A stretch of DNA of 64,000 nucleotides from Candidatus Multivoradales bacterium (GTDB lineage: Bacteria > Acidobacteriota > Thermoanaerobaculia > Multivoradales > JAHEKO01). A program made the translations under genes and the position numbers. The stretch spans positions 1,920,001 to 1,984,000 of the forward strand of contig CBDCXM010000009.1 of NCBI GenBank assembly GCA_965223855.1, written 5' to 3'. Of the stretch, positions 29,029 to 38,487 are shown one piece after another. The notes under the pieces were generated by a model. That model saw only the letters and a list, made by a program, of their open reading frames with translations, ran no database searches and was not told the origin of the DNA. The stretch's first letter is position 1, and every line of letters starts with the position of its first letter.

Positions 29029-30516
29029 TCAGGCATGGGTCCTCACCAGCTCCAGCAGTTCCCGTTTCTGTTCTTCCGGCAGCTCGGGATCGCGGCTGAG
29101 CTTCGCACACAAATCGACCGCGCCGGGGATCGACGCGTGGACGGCTGTCCTGACGAATCGCAGGTAGAGCCCCTGAGGGGGGTCGGCGCCGAGAGCCCGT
29201 TGAGCCACCAGGAGGAGACGAACCGCTTCTGCGTGCTCTCCTTCGAACTGCAGCAGCGCTTCGGCCATGCGGACGGCGAAGTCGGCCGGCGGCTCGAAGT
29301 CGGGCAGCTCGTGCGTAAGATCGAGCCAGGCGGGGACGGCGATCTCGAGCTCCCTGCGCTGGAGCTGCCCATGGAGCACCCGCAGAAGCGCCGGGGCCAC
29401 TTCAGCCGTCCGTCCTGCGTCTCGCGCGAGGTCCCACCAGCGAAGGACGAGGTCGGCGCTCGCTCCCGGCTTCGCGGCTTCGTTTGCCAGAAACGCCCAG
29501 GCGGCGTCTCCGCCATCGCGCTCCTCGAGTTGGAAGGAGGCCTCGATGGCGCGTTCCTCGATGTCTCCGGTGTCGGCGGCGATCGCGTCTTCGACCCACC
29601 GCTCCTCGATCTTCGACACTCTGATGACGAGCGCCGCCACCGCGCCGAAGCCGAAACCGTAGAGATGCGCCCACGTGGCGACGCCGCCTCCGGTCATCGT
29701 GTGGGGCTCGATCCACGTCGCCATCGCCAGTTCGCGCGCCGCCCACAGGCCGAGCATCAACCAGGCGGGCGCGTAGAAGGTCCCGGTGCGGATCCGGAGG
29801 ATGATCCACAGCACGTAGAAGAAGCGCATGCGCGTCTTCCAGAAGCGCACCATGAAGGCGCCCATGAGTCCGGCGATGGCGCCGGAGGCGCCGATCACCG
29901 GCACCGGCGAGCTCGGGTAGCGCGCTACCCAAAGGGCCGCCGCCGCCAGGCCGCAGAGAAGGTAGAAGGCGGCGAAGAGCGGGCGGCCCCAGACGTCCTC
30001 GAGCGGTGAGGCGAGCAGCCAGAAGAAGAGGAGGTTGCCCGCCAGGTGGAGGATTCCGGCGTGGACGAACATGTAGGTGACGAACGTCGCGGGTCGTGAC
30101 TCCGCGGGCGTCAGCCCGAGGGCGTAGGCGGGCACTCTCCTGCGTTGGCGTCGCCACTCGGCTGTCAGCTCGTCGAGGCGCCGCTGGTCCGCCTCACGCT
30201 CTTCCGCCGTCGGGCCCTCTTCGCCGTAGCTCGAGGCCTCGTAGTCGCTCCAGTCCCACGACTCCCAGGCCTCGCGACGTTCTTCGAGTATCACTTCGGT
30301 GCTGTCGAAGAGGAACCGCTCGTCCGGGACGACGTGCGGGTGGGACCCCGCGAAGTCGAGGACGGCGACGGCAGCTTCCCGGGTGCGGTTCTCGGCGGCC
30401 CGTCCGAGGAGGGCGGTGAGGGCGAAGACGGCAAGGCAGAGTGCAGCGATCGTCGTCGAGACGATCGGCCAGCGCCGCAGTTCGTCTTCTTCGTGGCCTA
30501 TCGGCAGCAGGAACAC
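29029..30516 (-). CDS. Rhomboid family intramembrane serine protease with a C-terminal helical extension
   Basis: MFVHAGILHLAGN, GASGAIAG, VATWAHLYGF. Confidence 0.9.
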   Translation of the reverse strand: MFLLPIGHEEDELRRWPIVSTTIAALCLAVFALTALLGRAAENRTREAAVAVLDFAGSHPHVVPDERFLFDSTEVILEERREAWESWDWSDYEASSYGEEGPTAEEREADQRRLDELTAEWRRQRRRVPAYALGLTPAESRPATFVTYMFVHAGILHLAGNLLFFWLLASPLEDVWGRPLFAAFYLLCGLAAAALWVARYPSSPVPVIGASGAIAGLMGAFMVRFWKTRMRFFYVLWIILRIRTGTFYAPAWLMLGLWAARELAMATWIEPHTMTGGGVATWAHLYGFGFGAVAALVIRVSKIEERWVEDAIAADTGDIEERAIEASFQLEERDGGDAAWAFLANEAAKPGASADLVLRWWDLARDAGRTAEVAPALLRVLHGQLQRRELEIAVPAWLDLTHELPDFEPPADFAVRMAEALLQFEGEHAEAVRLLLVAQRALGADPPQGLYLRFVRTAVHASIPGAVDLCAKLSRDPELPEEQKRELLELVRTHA

Positions 30517-30655
30517 GGCTGGAACTCTCTAGCCTGAGCTTCTCACCGGGTTGCTGGTGTGGAGGTTCAGGCTGGTCTTCTTGTGGGACGAAGACTGTTT
30601 GTGGGGTGAAGACTGTCACACAACCGGCTGCTACCATCCCGCCGGAGCCGGATCG

Positions 30656-31207
30656 ATGCCGTCGAACCTCGCCGAGGACACGCGCCGTCTGCGCGAGATC
30701 AAGAGCAAGCCGTTCCCCTGGTACGTGCTCGAGTCGTTGCTGTTCGAGAACGGCTACCAGGCGGTGGTGCTCCACCGGATCGCCCACTGGTTCCGCAGCC
30801 GCGGGATCCCGGTCCTGGGGCCGCTCTTCGCCAGGCTTTCGCTTTTCCTCACCGGCGTCGACATCGCGCCGGAGGCGGTGATCGGTCCCGGTTTCCGGAT
30901 CGCTCACGGCAACGGGCTGGTGATCGGCAACAAGGCGAGGATCGGAGCGCGGGCGACGCTGCTGCACCGGGTGACGATCGGGGCGCCTTCGACCCGGCGT
31001 CGCGGCGAGATGCCGACGGTGGGGGACGACGCCTTCATCGCCGCCGGAGCCTGCCTGATCGGCGGGATCGAGGTCGGAGACCGGGTCTTCATCGGCGTCA
31101 ACACGCTGGTTGCGGAGGACGTCCCGAGCGACGCCAAGGTGACGCAGCAAGGGCGGGCCGAGATCGAAGTGAGGCGTTCCGACTCCGACACCGCCCAGGC
31201 CGAATAG
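30656..31207 (+). CDS. Serine O-acetyltransferase-like hexapeptide-repeat acyltransferase
   Basis: HRIAHW, TGVDIAPEAVIGPG, IAHGNGLVIG, VTIG, PTVGDD. Confidence 0.85.
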   Translation: MPSNLAEDTRRLREIKSKPFPWYVLESLLFENGYQAVVLHRIAHWFRSRGIPVLGPLFARLSLFLTGVDIAPEAVIGPGFRIAHGNGLVIGNKARIGARATLLHRVTIGAPSTRRRGEMPTVGDDAFIAAGACLIGGIEVGDRVFIGVNTLVAEDVPSDAKVTQQGRAEIEVRRSDSDTAQAE

Positions 31208-31462
31208 CCGAGACGACTGCCGGAATACTCTTCGGCCGGGTGGCAGCCTCGAGCGGGTCGTCGCTTTCCGGGTAGACCGGCTATCAGGGGTCGCCATCGC
31301 CGGAGAGAGGGAGGATGGACTCCCCTCGATCAGGAAGGCGCTGTTTCAGCTTGTGGGCCTACTTGGAGCCCTTCGCCGCGAAGGTGCCGGAGTGTCCCCT
31401 AGTCCAGTCGAGAGTCGTCATCAGAATGAGCGCTCCTGCTCGACTTCAGGAAAGAGATCCCC

Positions 31463-32002
31463 ATGAGACGAATATGCCGCCCTTCTTCCCTCCGCGCGAC
31501 GCTGGCCGTCGCGCTCTTCTTCACCCCTCTTCTCGGAGCCGAGACGCCAACTGTCGACGTGCTCTCCCTAGCCGACGGGGAGCAGAGCCCGCGCGCTTCG
31601 ATCGGGGAGCTGTCGTGGCTCGCCGGCTACTGGCGCGGCTCGGGTCTCGGCGGCGATTGCGAGGAGCTCTGGACCGAGCCGATCGGCGACCGGATGATGG
31701 GGCTCTTCCACCTCGCCAGGGAGGGTGAAGCGGTCTTCTCCGAGCACATGATGCTCGTCGAGACCGGCGGCTCACTGGCGCTCTACGTCAAGCACTTCAG
31801 CGGCGATTTCGTCGCCTGGGAGGACAAGGAGGGGAAAGTCGTCTTCCCGCTCGTCCGTATGGGGGAGCGCACCGCCTGGTTCAGCGGTCTGACGCTCCAC
31901 CAGCCCGATCCGGACTCGCTGATCGTCGTCGTGCGCCTGCACCGGGGTGAGTCGGTCAGCGACGAGCGCTTCGTTTTCGAACGAATCCGAGTGGACGGCT
32001 AG
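31463..32002 (+). CDS. Secreted protein, DUF6265-like
   Basis: Signal peptide; LSWLAGYWRG, EELWTEP...MMG, VKHF. Confidence 0.7.
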   Translation: MRRICRPSSLRATLAVALFFTPLLGAETPTVDVLSLADGEQSPRASIGELSWLAGYWRGSGLGGDCEELWTEPIGDRMMGLFHLAREGEAVFSEHMMLVETGGSLALYVKHFSGDFVAWEDKEGKVVFPLVRMGERTAWFSGLTLHQPDPDSLIVVVRLHRGESVSDERFVFERIRVDG

Positions 32003-33303
32003 CGCTGGCGACCGAGGATCGCTTCGGCCGCCCTCTCGCCGCTGGCGAACGACTGGTCGGTCCACAGGTAGCCCCACTCGCCGTAGCGGCCGGCCCAGCG
32101 GATGCCTGCCTCCCCGAGGAAGCCGTGAATGGTGGCGAGGGCCTCCGGGCGATCATGGTCGAAGATCACGTTCGCCCAGCGGATCGGCCGCACCTCGGTC
32201 ATCAGGATCTCGTCGTCTTCGCGAACCAGGCCGCAGCGCCTGAGATCCCGCAGGGTCTTTTCCACACATTCCTCAGGGGTGACGTCGACCGGCCGGTACT
32301 TGTCGGAGTAGTAGCACTCCGCCTGGATGCCGCTGGTGCCGGGCGGGACGGTGCGTGGAGAGAGCAGGTGCGGGAAGGAGAGGCGGGTGAAGAAGTAGTC
32401 GTCGTCGTAGAAGTAGGTCCACTGGTGCTCGGAGATCCCCTCGCGGGCGACGCCGACATTGACCGTCATGCAGATCGTGCAGGCGAGCTTGCCGGCCGCC
32501 TCGACCACCTCGTCGGGGGCGCCGTCGATCATCGGCACCAGTGCCGGCAGCGGGACCGACGAGATCAGCTCGTCGTAGCCGGTCTCGATCCCGTTGGCGA
32601 ACCGCAGGCGGCGTGCCCGAGGATCGACGCCGACCAGCTCGTGGCCCAGGTGCAGGTCGGCGGCGTCGACCCACTTCGAGAGATACGAGAAGAAGCCGCC
32701 CTCGGTCGGATAGCGGAAGTGGCTGACGTAGTGCACCTCCGGCGTCTCGGCGTGCGTGGCGCCGTAGCGCACCTCCTCGAGGTCGGGCTGGTAGAGCCGC
32801 GGGCCGAGCCAGTCGGTCGTCATCGTCTCGGCGGTGCACGTGTGGTATTTGCGGCCGTACTCCATCGGGAAGGTACGGCTGAAGGTCTCGCCGAAGGTCG
32901 CGACGAGCCAGTCAGCATAGTTCGCGATCGCTGGTGTCGGTGCCGCCTGTACCGCCTCGAACTCGGCGATCACCGTGTCGATCAGCTCCTGAGGGAGACC
33001 GAACAGGTTGACCTGCGCCGGGTGCTTGATCCAGTAGCCCTGCCAGTAGTTGTTGACCCTGCAGTCGATGGTCTCGAACTCCTCATCGACCGCCGCTGCG
33101 AAGACCTGCTGCAGCCGCTCGTTCTTCGTGAACGAGATGTGCGGCCCGTCGTCGAAGACGAAGCCGGTCGGATGGGCGAACGAGGCGGTGTGGCCGCCGG
33201 GGTAGTCCTTCCTGTCGTAGACGACCGGCGCGACGCCTGCGGAGCGGAGCCGATGCGCGGCGCCGAAAGCCGCCATGCCGGAACCGATGACGACGACCTT
33301 CAT
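31999..33303 (-). CDS. FAD-dependent oxidoreductase (HemY/UDP-galactopyranose mutase-like, glycan-locus type)
   Basis: VIGSGMAA, GGHTAS, FDDGPH, FRYPTEGGF, AGRYGEWGY. Confidence 0.85.
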   Translation of the reverse strand: MKVVVIGSGMAAFGAAHRLRSAGVAPVVYDRKDYPGGHTASFAHPTGFVFDDGPHISFTKNERLQQVFAAAVDEEFETIDCRVNNYWQGYWIKHPAQVNLFGLPQELIDTVIAEFEAVQAAPTPAIANYADWLVATFGETFSRTFPMEYGRKYHTCTAETMTTDWLGPRLYQPDLEEVRYGATHAETPEVHYVSHFRYPTEGGFFSYLSKWVDAADLHLGHELVGVDPRARRLRFANGIETGYDELISSVPLPALVPMIDGAPDEVVEAAGKLACTICMTVNVGVAREGISEHQWTYFYDDDYFFTRLSFPHLLSPRTVPPGTSGIQAECYYSDKYRPVDVTPEECVEKTLRDLRRCGLVREDDEILMTEVRPIRWANVIFDHDRPEALATIHGFLGEAGIRWAGRYGEWGYLWTDQSFASGERAAEAILGRQR

Positions 33304-34202
33304 CTCGCCTCCTCTGCGCGCCACCACTCGATCGAACGGGCGATGCCGTCGGTCAGCGATGTCCGCGGCTGCCAGGCGACTTCCGCGAGCAGGCGGGTGA
33401 CGTCGGCGCTCACCTCCGGAGCCTCGTCGGGGTGCGCCTCGACGGCGCCGAGCTCGATCAGCTCCTCGCGCCCCAGCTGGCGAGCCGCCTCCTCTACGAG
33501 GGCTCGTAGTGGGATTGACGTCCCGCTGGCGAGGTTGATCGCACCGGTGGTCCGGGCGTCGACCAGCGCCGCCATCGCTTCGCCGAGGTCGGGGGCAAAG
33601 AGGTAGTCACGCAGCTGCTCGCCGTGAGTCGTACGAGCCGGCTCACCGGCCAGCAGCGCCCGGATCACCGCCGGGACCAGCCGCCGCGGCGCCTCGCCGG
33701 GGCCGTAGACGAAGAACACCCGTCCCCAGGCTGCCGACAGACCGGTTTCGGCGGCGAGGCCGAGGAACGCCTGCGCGCAGGCGTGCTTGGCGACCCCGTA
33801 CGGCGTGGCGGGCACGAGCGGCGAGTCCTCCGAGAGCGGTTGGCTCGCGGTCCAGTCGTACTCGGCGCAACTGCCGATGCCGACCGCTCGCTCACCGCCC
33901 CCCTGCTCGAACGCCTCGAGCAGCTCGAGCGTCGCGCGCGTCCAGGCGAAGTTCTCGGCCCCCGACGCCGCCACGTGCCAGGCGAGATGCAGCATCGCCT
34001 GCGGGCCGATCTCGTCGATCGCCCGGGCGGCGGAACCCGGTGTCAGCAGGTCGTGCCGGTGCCAGAGGAGACCCTCTTCGTCCGTCGGAGTGGCACCGGA
34101 CGTGAGGGCGTGGACCTGCCAGCCACGCCGCCGGAGCGGCTCGATGGCCTGGCGACCGAGAAAACCGGTCGCGCCGGTCAGGAGGATTCTGCGATTGGAC
34201 AC
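33300..34202 (-). CDS. NAD-dependent epimerase/dehydratase (CDP-abequose-synthase-like SDR)
   Basis: LTGATGFLG, HLAW, GSCAEY, YGVAK, RVFFVYGPGE, RDY. Confidence 0.88.
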   Translation of the reverse strand: MSNRRILLTGATGFLGRQAIEPLRRRGWQVHALTSGATPTDEEGLLWHRHDLLTPGSAARAIDEIGPQAMLHLAWHVAASGAENFAWTRATLELLEAFEQGGGERAVGIGSCAEYDWTASQPLSEDSPLVPATPYGVAKHACAQAFLGLAAETGLSAAWGRVFFVYGPGEAPRRLVPAVIRALLAGEPARTTHGEQLRDYLFAPDLGEAMAALVDARTTGAINLASGTSIPLRALVEEAARQLGREELIELGAVEAHPDEAPEVSADVTRLLAEVAWQPRTSLTDGIARSIEWWRAEEAR

Positions 34203-34308
34203 CTGGTTGCCAGCGCCTCGGAGGGCCGGCAGAGTAGCACAGCGAACTCGAGCACTCCGTCGGCCCGGCGGCGGCCGTAGTACCCTTCGCTGCCGGAGGA
34301 TCCGCCCC

Positions 34309-35271
34309 ATGGCGCCGAGCGTCGCGGCACTGGTACTCAACTACAACGGCAGAGACATCACCCTCCAGACGCTCGAGAGTCTGGCGGAGCTGGACTACCC
34401 GAACGTCACCCTGGTGGTGGTCGACAACGGCTCCGACGACGGATCCCTCGAGGCGGTCGCCGAGGCGTTTCCCCAGGTCGAGCGGGTGCGCGTCGAGGTC
34501 AATGAGGGGCCGGCGGCGGGAATGAACGCCGGGCTCGAGTGGGCGATGGAGCGCGACTTCGACTACGTGCTGGCGCTCAACAACGACATCGAGGTCGCCC
34601 CCGACATGCTCGACCGCCTCGTCGTCGTCGCCGAGAGCGATCCGACGATCGGCTGCGTCGGCCCGAAGTGCTACTACTTCTGGGACCGGGAGCGCCTCTG
34701 GTCGGCCGGCGGCCGACTGCGCTTCGGCGAGTCGGTCACCAAGGAGCGCGGCATGGGGGAGCTCGATCGCGGTCAGTACGACCGCACCGAGGAGGTCGAC
34801 TACATCAACGGCTGTGCGATGCTGGTACCGCGCCGGGTGCTGCGCGAGATCGGTTTGTGGGACCCGATCTTCTTCCTCTCGGTAGAGGATGCCGACTGGT
34901 GCATGCGGATGAAGCGCGCCGGCTACCGCTGCTTCTACGCCCATGAAGCGGTGCTGTGGCACATGGTGTCCCACACCGTGGGGGTTTACGTACCGTCGAA
35001 AACCTTCCACAACGGCCGCTCGACGGCGCTCTTCGTGCGCCGCTACGCCGGCCTCGGCGGGTGGCTCAAGTTCTGGGCGCTGCTGGCGCTGGCGATTCCC
35101 GCCGCGTTCCTGCGCGAACTGCCGAAAGGCAATCAGGGGGCGGCGCTCGCCAAGCTGAGGGGTGTGTGGGCCGGGCTGCGAGCGGCGATGACCTCGCCAC
35201 CCAATCCGTGGGGTGAGCGGGCGGCTGCCGGGCGGGGGCGCTCCGGCGACGACTCCGCTACGGCACGCTGA
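34309..35271 (+). CDS. Glycosyltransferase family 2
   Basis: LNYNG, VDNGSDDGS, LNND, GCAML, EDADWC. Confidence 0.92.
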   Translation: MAPSVAALVLNYNGRDITLQTLESLAELDYPNVTLVVVDNGSDDGSLEAVAEAFPQVERVRVEVNEGPAAGMNAGLEWAMERDFDYVLALNNDIEVAPDMLDRLVVVAESDPTIGCVGPKCYYFWDRERLWSAGGRLRFGESVTKERGMGELDRGQYDRTEEVDYINGCAMLVPRRVLREIGLWDPIFFLSVEDADWCMRMKRAGYRCFYAHEAVLWHMVSHTVGVYVPSKTFHNGRSTALFVRRYAGLGGWLKFWALLALAIPAAFLRELPKGNQGAALAKLRGVWAGLRAAMTSPPNPWGERAAAGRGRSGDDSATAR

Positions 35272-37138
35272 CGAACCGCCAGTAGGTAGGTGCCGAGTCG
35301 CCGGGCCGGGACGCCGGCTCGAGGCCGCCGCGCTCCCCGGGCGGTGTCCCCTGGTGCAGCAGGTAGATCAGGTCGGCGATCACCGAGCTGTTCTCGGCGA
35401 AATAGGAGTGTCCGAGGAAGCTCGAGTCGAGCCCGCTGACGTCGATGGTGTCGATTCCGTCGACGACCACCGCCTGCGGCTCGGTGTCCCCGGCTCGTGG
35501 CGCCGCGTGGATTCGCTCGGAGGCCGCCAGCGCCTCGTCGGTCGCCGAGGCGTAGAGGGTGATGCGCTTGCCGGTGCCGACGATGCGCGGTGCGATGTTG
35601 CGGCGGAAGACGTCGGCGTCGATGTCCGGGGCGACCAGGGCGATCTGGTCGAACCGCGGCCCCTGCGGATCGCCTGCGATGTCCGTGAGAGCCCGGGTCA
35701 TCGCCCGATTCCCCATGCTGTGAGCGATGAGGTGCACCACCTCGGCCCCCGACTCCCGGGCGACGAGCCGCAGGAAGGTCTCGAGCTGAGGGATGGTGTA
35801 CTCGACGGAAGCCTCGTCGGCCAGATAGCCGCCGACCGAGCCTTTCGACGGCCAGCTGTAGAGGATCGGCGCCCCCTCGAACTGCAGGTCGTAGGCCATC
35901 TGGCCGGTGCGTCGCGCGGCATCCTCGAAGCTGACGTTGTAGCCGTGGACGAAGACGAAGGCGCGCCGACCGTCGCTCGCCTCGACCCGCTGGCGCAGCT
36001 CGCCGACGAACTCGTCGCGCGGCTGGGGCGAGACGGAGAGCAGAACGACGTGCTTCTCCGGGTCCTCCCGGAACTCGAAGCGCCAGAACGAGGGCGATTC
36101 GAGCTCGCCGAGCTCATGGTCGAGCGGGATCGAGACCTCGCAGCGGCCGAGCTCGAGCTCTCCGCGGCCGCTACCGTAGAACTCCCCGGGCTCGTCGTCG
36201 CCGGTCGGGAGGCGGTCGGTGCCGTAGAAGATCGAGACGGTATGGAAGCCGTCCTCCGAAGGCTCGACGCCGGCCTGTTCCGACCCTCCTTCGCGGATCC
36301 CATGGACGGTCGAGATCTCGAGGTACATATAGGGGTGGAGAAGCATCCGGCGCTCGATCAGCAACTCGTCTCCGAGGCGGACTTCGATCCGGTACATGCC
36401 GTGCGGGACGCCGTGCTCGTATTCGGCCCGGCCGAACTCGCCGGTGACGGCCTCGAGCGTGGCGGCGGTGAGCACGTCGGTCACCCGGACCACGGCGCCT
36501 TCGATCTCGCGGTCTTCCCCGTTCCACACCTGGGCCGAGAGGAAGCCGAGATCCCTCACCAGTCCTTCGTCGGGATCGATGTCGAGCCACTCGTCGGCGG
36601 TCCAGCCGAGGGCGATCTCGTCCTCGAAGACGACCTCGTCCGCCGACAGGAGCTGGAAGGTGGCACGCCCCGCCGGCAGGCCGTCGAGGTCGATCCTCCC
36701 GGAGTCGGAGGACTCGGTTTCGAAGACCCGATCCCGCTCGGCGAAGACGAGCCGTGCACGATCGGCCGTCATGCCCTCCGGCACCGAGGTGGTCAGCCGG
36801 CCCCGACGATCGGCCACACCCCCCTCGATATGGGCCAGGACGAAGGCGCCGCCGGCCGCGAGATCGAGCTCCTGCTCGAGATCGGCGTCGCCGCCCGACA
36901 GGCGCAGCGAGATCGCTCCGGCGCTCCACGAGCCGAGGTCGAAGTAACCGTTGACGTCGCTGACCGCCGACCGCTCGAGGTCTCCTGCAGAGGCCGTCAC
37001 CGTGACCCCTCCCAGGGCGGTGTCGTACTCGTGCAGGACGACGCCGGTGAGGTGCACCGTCGCCTCGGAGGGCGGTGTGGCGTTGGCGGTCGACATCAAC
37101 CCGAGCCAGAGGAGCAGGGTGGTCGTGAAGCGGCGCAT
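35258..37138 (-). CDS. DUF900-type alpha/beta hydrolase with N-terminal carboxypeptidase-regulatory-like domains
   Basis: Signal peptide; IFYGTDR, FVHGYN, SWPS, AHSMGNR, APDID, GHSYF. Confidence 0.85.
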   Translation of the reverse strand: MRRFTTTLLLWLGLMSTANATPPSEATVHLTGVVLHEYDTALGGVTVTASAGDLERSAVSDVNGYFDLGSWSAGAISLRLSGGDADLEQELDLAAGGAFVLAHIEGGVADRRGRLTTSVPEGMTADRARLVFAERDRVFETESSDSGRIDLDGLPAGRATFQLLSADEVVFEDEIALGWTADEWLDIDPDEGLVRDLGFLSAQVWNGEDREIEGAVVRVTDVLTAATLEAVTGEFGRAEYEHGVPHGMYRIEVRLGDELLIERRMLLHPYMYLEISTVHGIREGGSEQAGVEPSEDGFHTVSIFYGTDRLPTGDDEPGEFYGSGRGELELGRCEVSIPLDHELGELESPSFWRFEFREDPEKHVVLLSVSPQPRDEFVGELRQRVEASDGRRAFVFVHGYNVSFEDAARRTGQMAYDLQFEGAPILYSWPSKGSVGGYLADEASVEYTIPQLETFLRLVARESGAEVVHLIAHSMGNRAMTRALTDIAGDPQGPRFDQIALVAPDIDADVFRRNIAPRIVGTGKRITLYASATDEALAASERIHAAPRAGDTEPQAVVVDGIDTIDVSGLDSSFLGHSYFAENSSVIADLIYLLHQGTPPGERGGLEPASRPGDSAPTYWRFVSVP

Positions 37139-37229
37139 CGGAGGACCGCCGTCATCCTATCGCCAGAAGCGTCTGCTCCGGCGTGAAGCAGTGTGCCGCG
37201 CCCGGAACCCTGTGGCCGGGATCAGGAGC

Positions 37230-37838
37230 TCAGGAGTCGCCCCACAGCTCCTCGAGCCGCCGGTCCCGCCCGCAGCCGTTGCGGTAGAACTTGTAGCGAA
37301 TCGGGTTCTTCTTGTAGTAGTCCTGGTGGTACTCCTCGGCGGCGTAGAACGCTTCGAACGGCGTTACCTGGGTCACCACCCGAGAGACCTTGCCCGAGTC
37401 GATCAGCGCCTGCTTCGACGCTTCTGCGGCGCGCTGCTGCTGTTCGTTGTGGGCGAAGATCTCCGAGCGATACTGGGTGCCGCGATCGCAGAACTGCCGG
37501 TTCTCCGCGGTCGGGTCGATGTTGACCCAGAAGACCTCAAGCAGCTCCTCGTAGCTGATCTTCGCCGGGTCGTAGGCGATCTGGACCACCTCCGTGTGCC
37601 CGGTCGTACCGGCCGACACCTCCTTGTACGTCGGATCGACGACCTCGCCGCCGCTGTATCCGGAGGTCGTCGACAGCACTCCGTCGAGCTCGTCGAACGG
37701 CGGCTCCATGCACCAGAAACAGCCGCCGGCGAAGGTGGCCAGAGCCGTCTCCCCCTCGGCGGCGATCACGGGCGCCTCGGCGGCACAGCCGAGGAGCAGG
37801 AGGGTGAGGGCAATTCCTGAGGCGATGCGTCGGTTCAT
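37230..37838 (-). CDS. msrA: Peptide-methionine (S)-S-oxide reductase, exported lipoprotein
   Basis: GGCFWC, AEEYHQDYY; lipobox LLGC. Confidence 0.95.
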   Translation of the reverse strand: MNRRIASGIALTLLLLGCAAEAPVIAAEGETALATFAGGCFWCMEPPFDELDGVLSTTSGYSGGEVVDPTYKEVSAGTTGHTEVVQIAYDPAKISYEELLEVFWVNIDPTAENRQFCDRGTQYRSEIFAHNEQQQRAAEASKQALIDSGKVSRVVTQVTPFEAFYAAEEYHQDYYKKNPIRYKFYRNGCGRDRRLEELWGDS

Positions 37839-38368
37839 GTGCGGAGCTCCGGAAGGTCGTCGCCCGCGGGCACGAAGGCGAGAGCGACGCCGTTGTTGCA
37901 GTAGCGCTTACCGGTGGGCGCCGGGCCGTCGCCGAAGACGTGTCCCTGGTGACCGCCGCAGCGCAGGCAGTGGTACTCGGTTCTCGGATAGCCGATCTTG
38001 TAGTCGGTGCTGGTGCCGAGCCGGTTCTCCAGCGGCTGCCAGAAGCTCGGCCAGCCGGTACCGGAGTCGTATTTGGTGGAAGCATCGAAGAGCGGCAGGA
38101 AGCAGCCGGCGCAGACGAAGGTGCCGTCGCGCTTCTCGTCGTTGAGCGGGCTTGTGAAGGCGCGCTCGGTGCCCTCCTGGCGCAGGATCCTGAACTGTTC
38201 GGGCGTCAGCAGGTCACGCCATGCGTCTTCCGACAGCTCGAGCGGCTCGATGCCCTCGGGCAGCTCGGCCGCCTCTGTCGCTCGCGCCGCGGAGCGGCCC
38301 ACGATCTTCGAGAGCAGCGGGACGGCGGCGAGGGCGGCCGCACCCTTGAACAGATCACGTCGTCGCAT
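37835..38368 (-). CDS. msrB: Peptide-methionine (R)-S-oxide reductase with Tat signal
   Basis: MRRRDLFK Tat motif; GTERAF, SGTGWPSF, GHVF.DGP, RYCNNG. Confidence 0.95.
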   Translation of the reverse strand: MRRRDLFKGAAALAAVPLLSKIVGRSAARATEAAELPEGIEPLELSEDAWRDLLTPEQFRILRQEGTERAFTSPLNDEKRDGTFVCAGCFLPLFDASTKYDSGTGWPSFWQPLENRLGTSTDYKIGYPRTEYHCLRCGGHQGHVFGDGPAPTGKRYCNNGVALAFVPAGDDLPELRT

Positions 38369-38487
38369 CGGGGAACCTCCAGGGCGGGGGAGTTGAAAGG
38401 ACAGGCCGGCGGGACGCCGGCACACAGGTTATCCGTCCGCCGCCGGCGAACGGATTCGTCGGCGCACGGCCCGCCCGTCGGAGCGGC

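Noticed and set aside
31208-31462. 255-bp intergenic region as an ncRNA, riboswitch or pseudogene
   Set aside because: Only weak GC-rich hairpins and no recognisable motif or protein similarity by eye.
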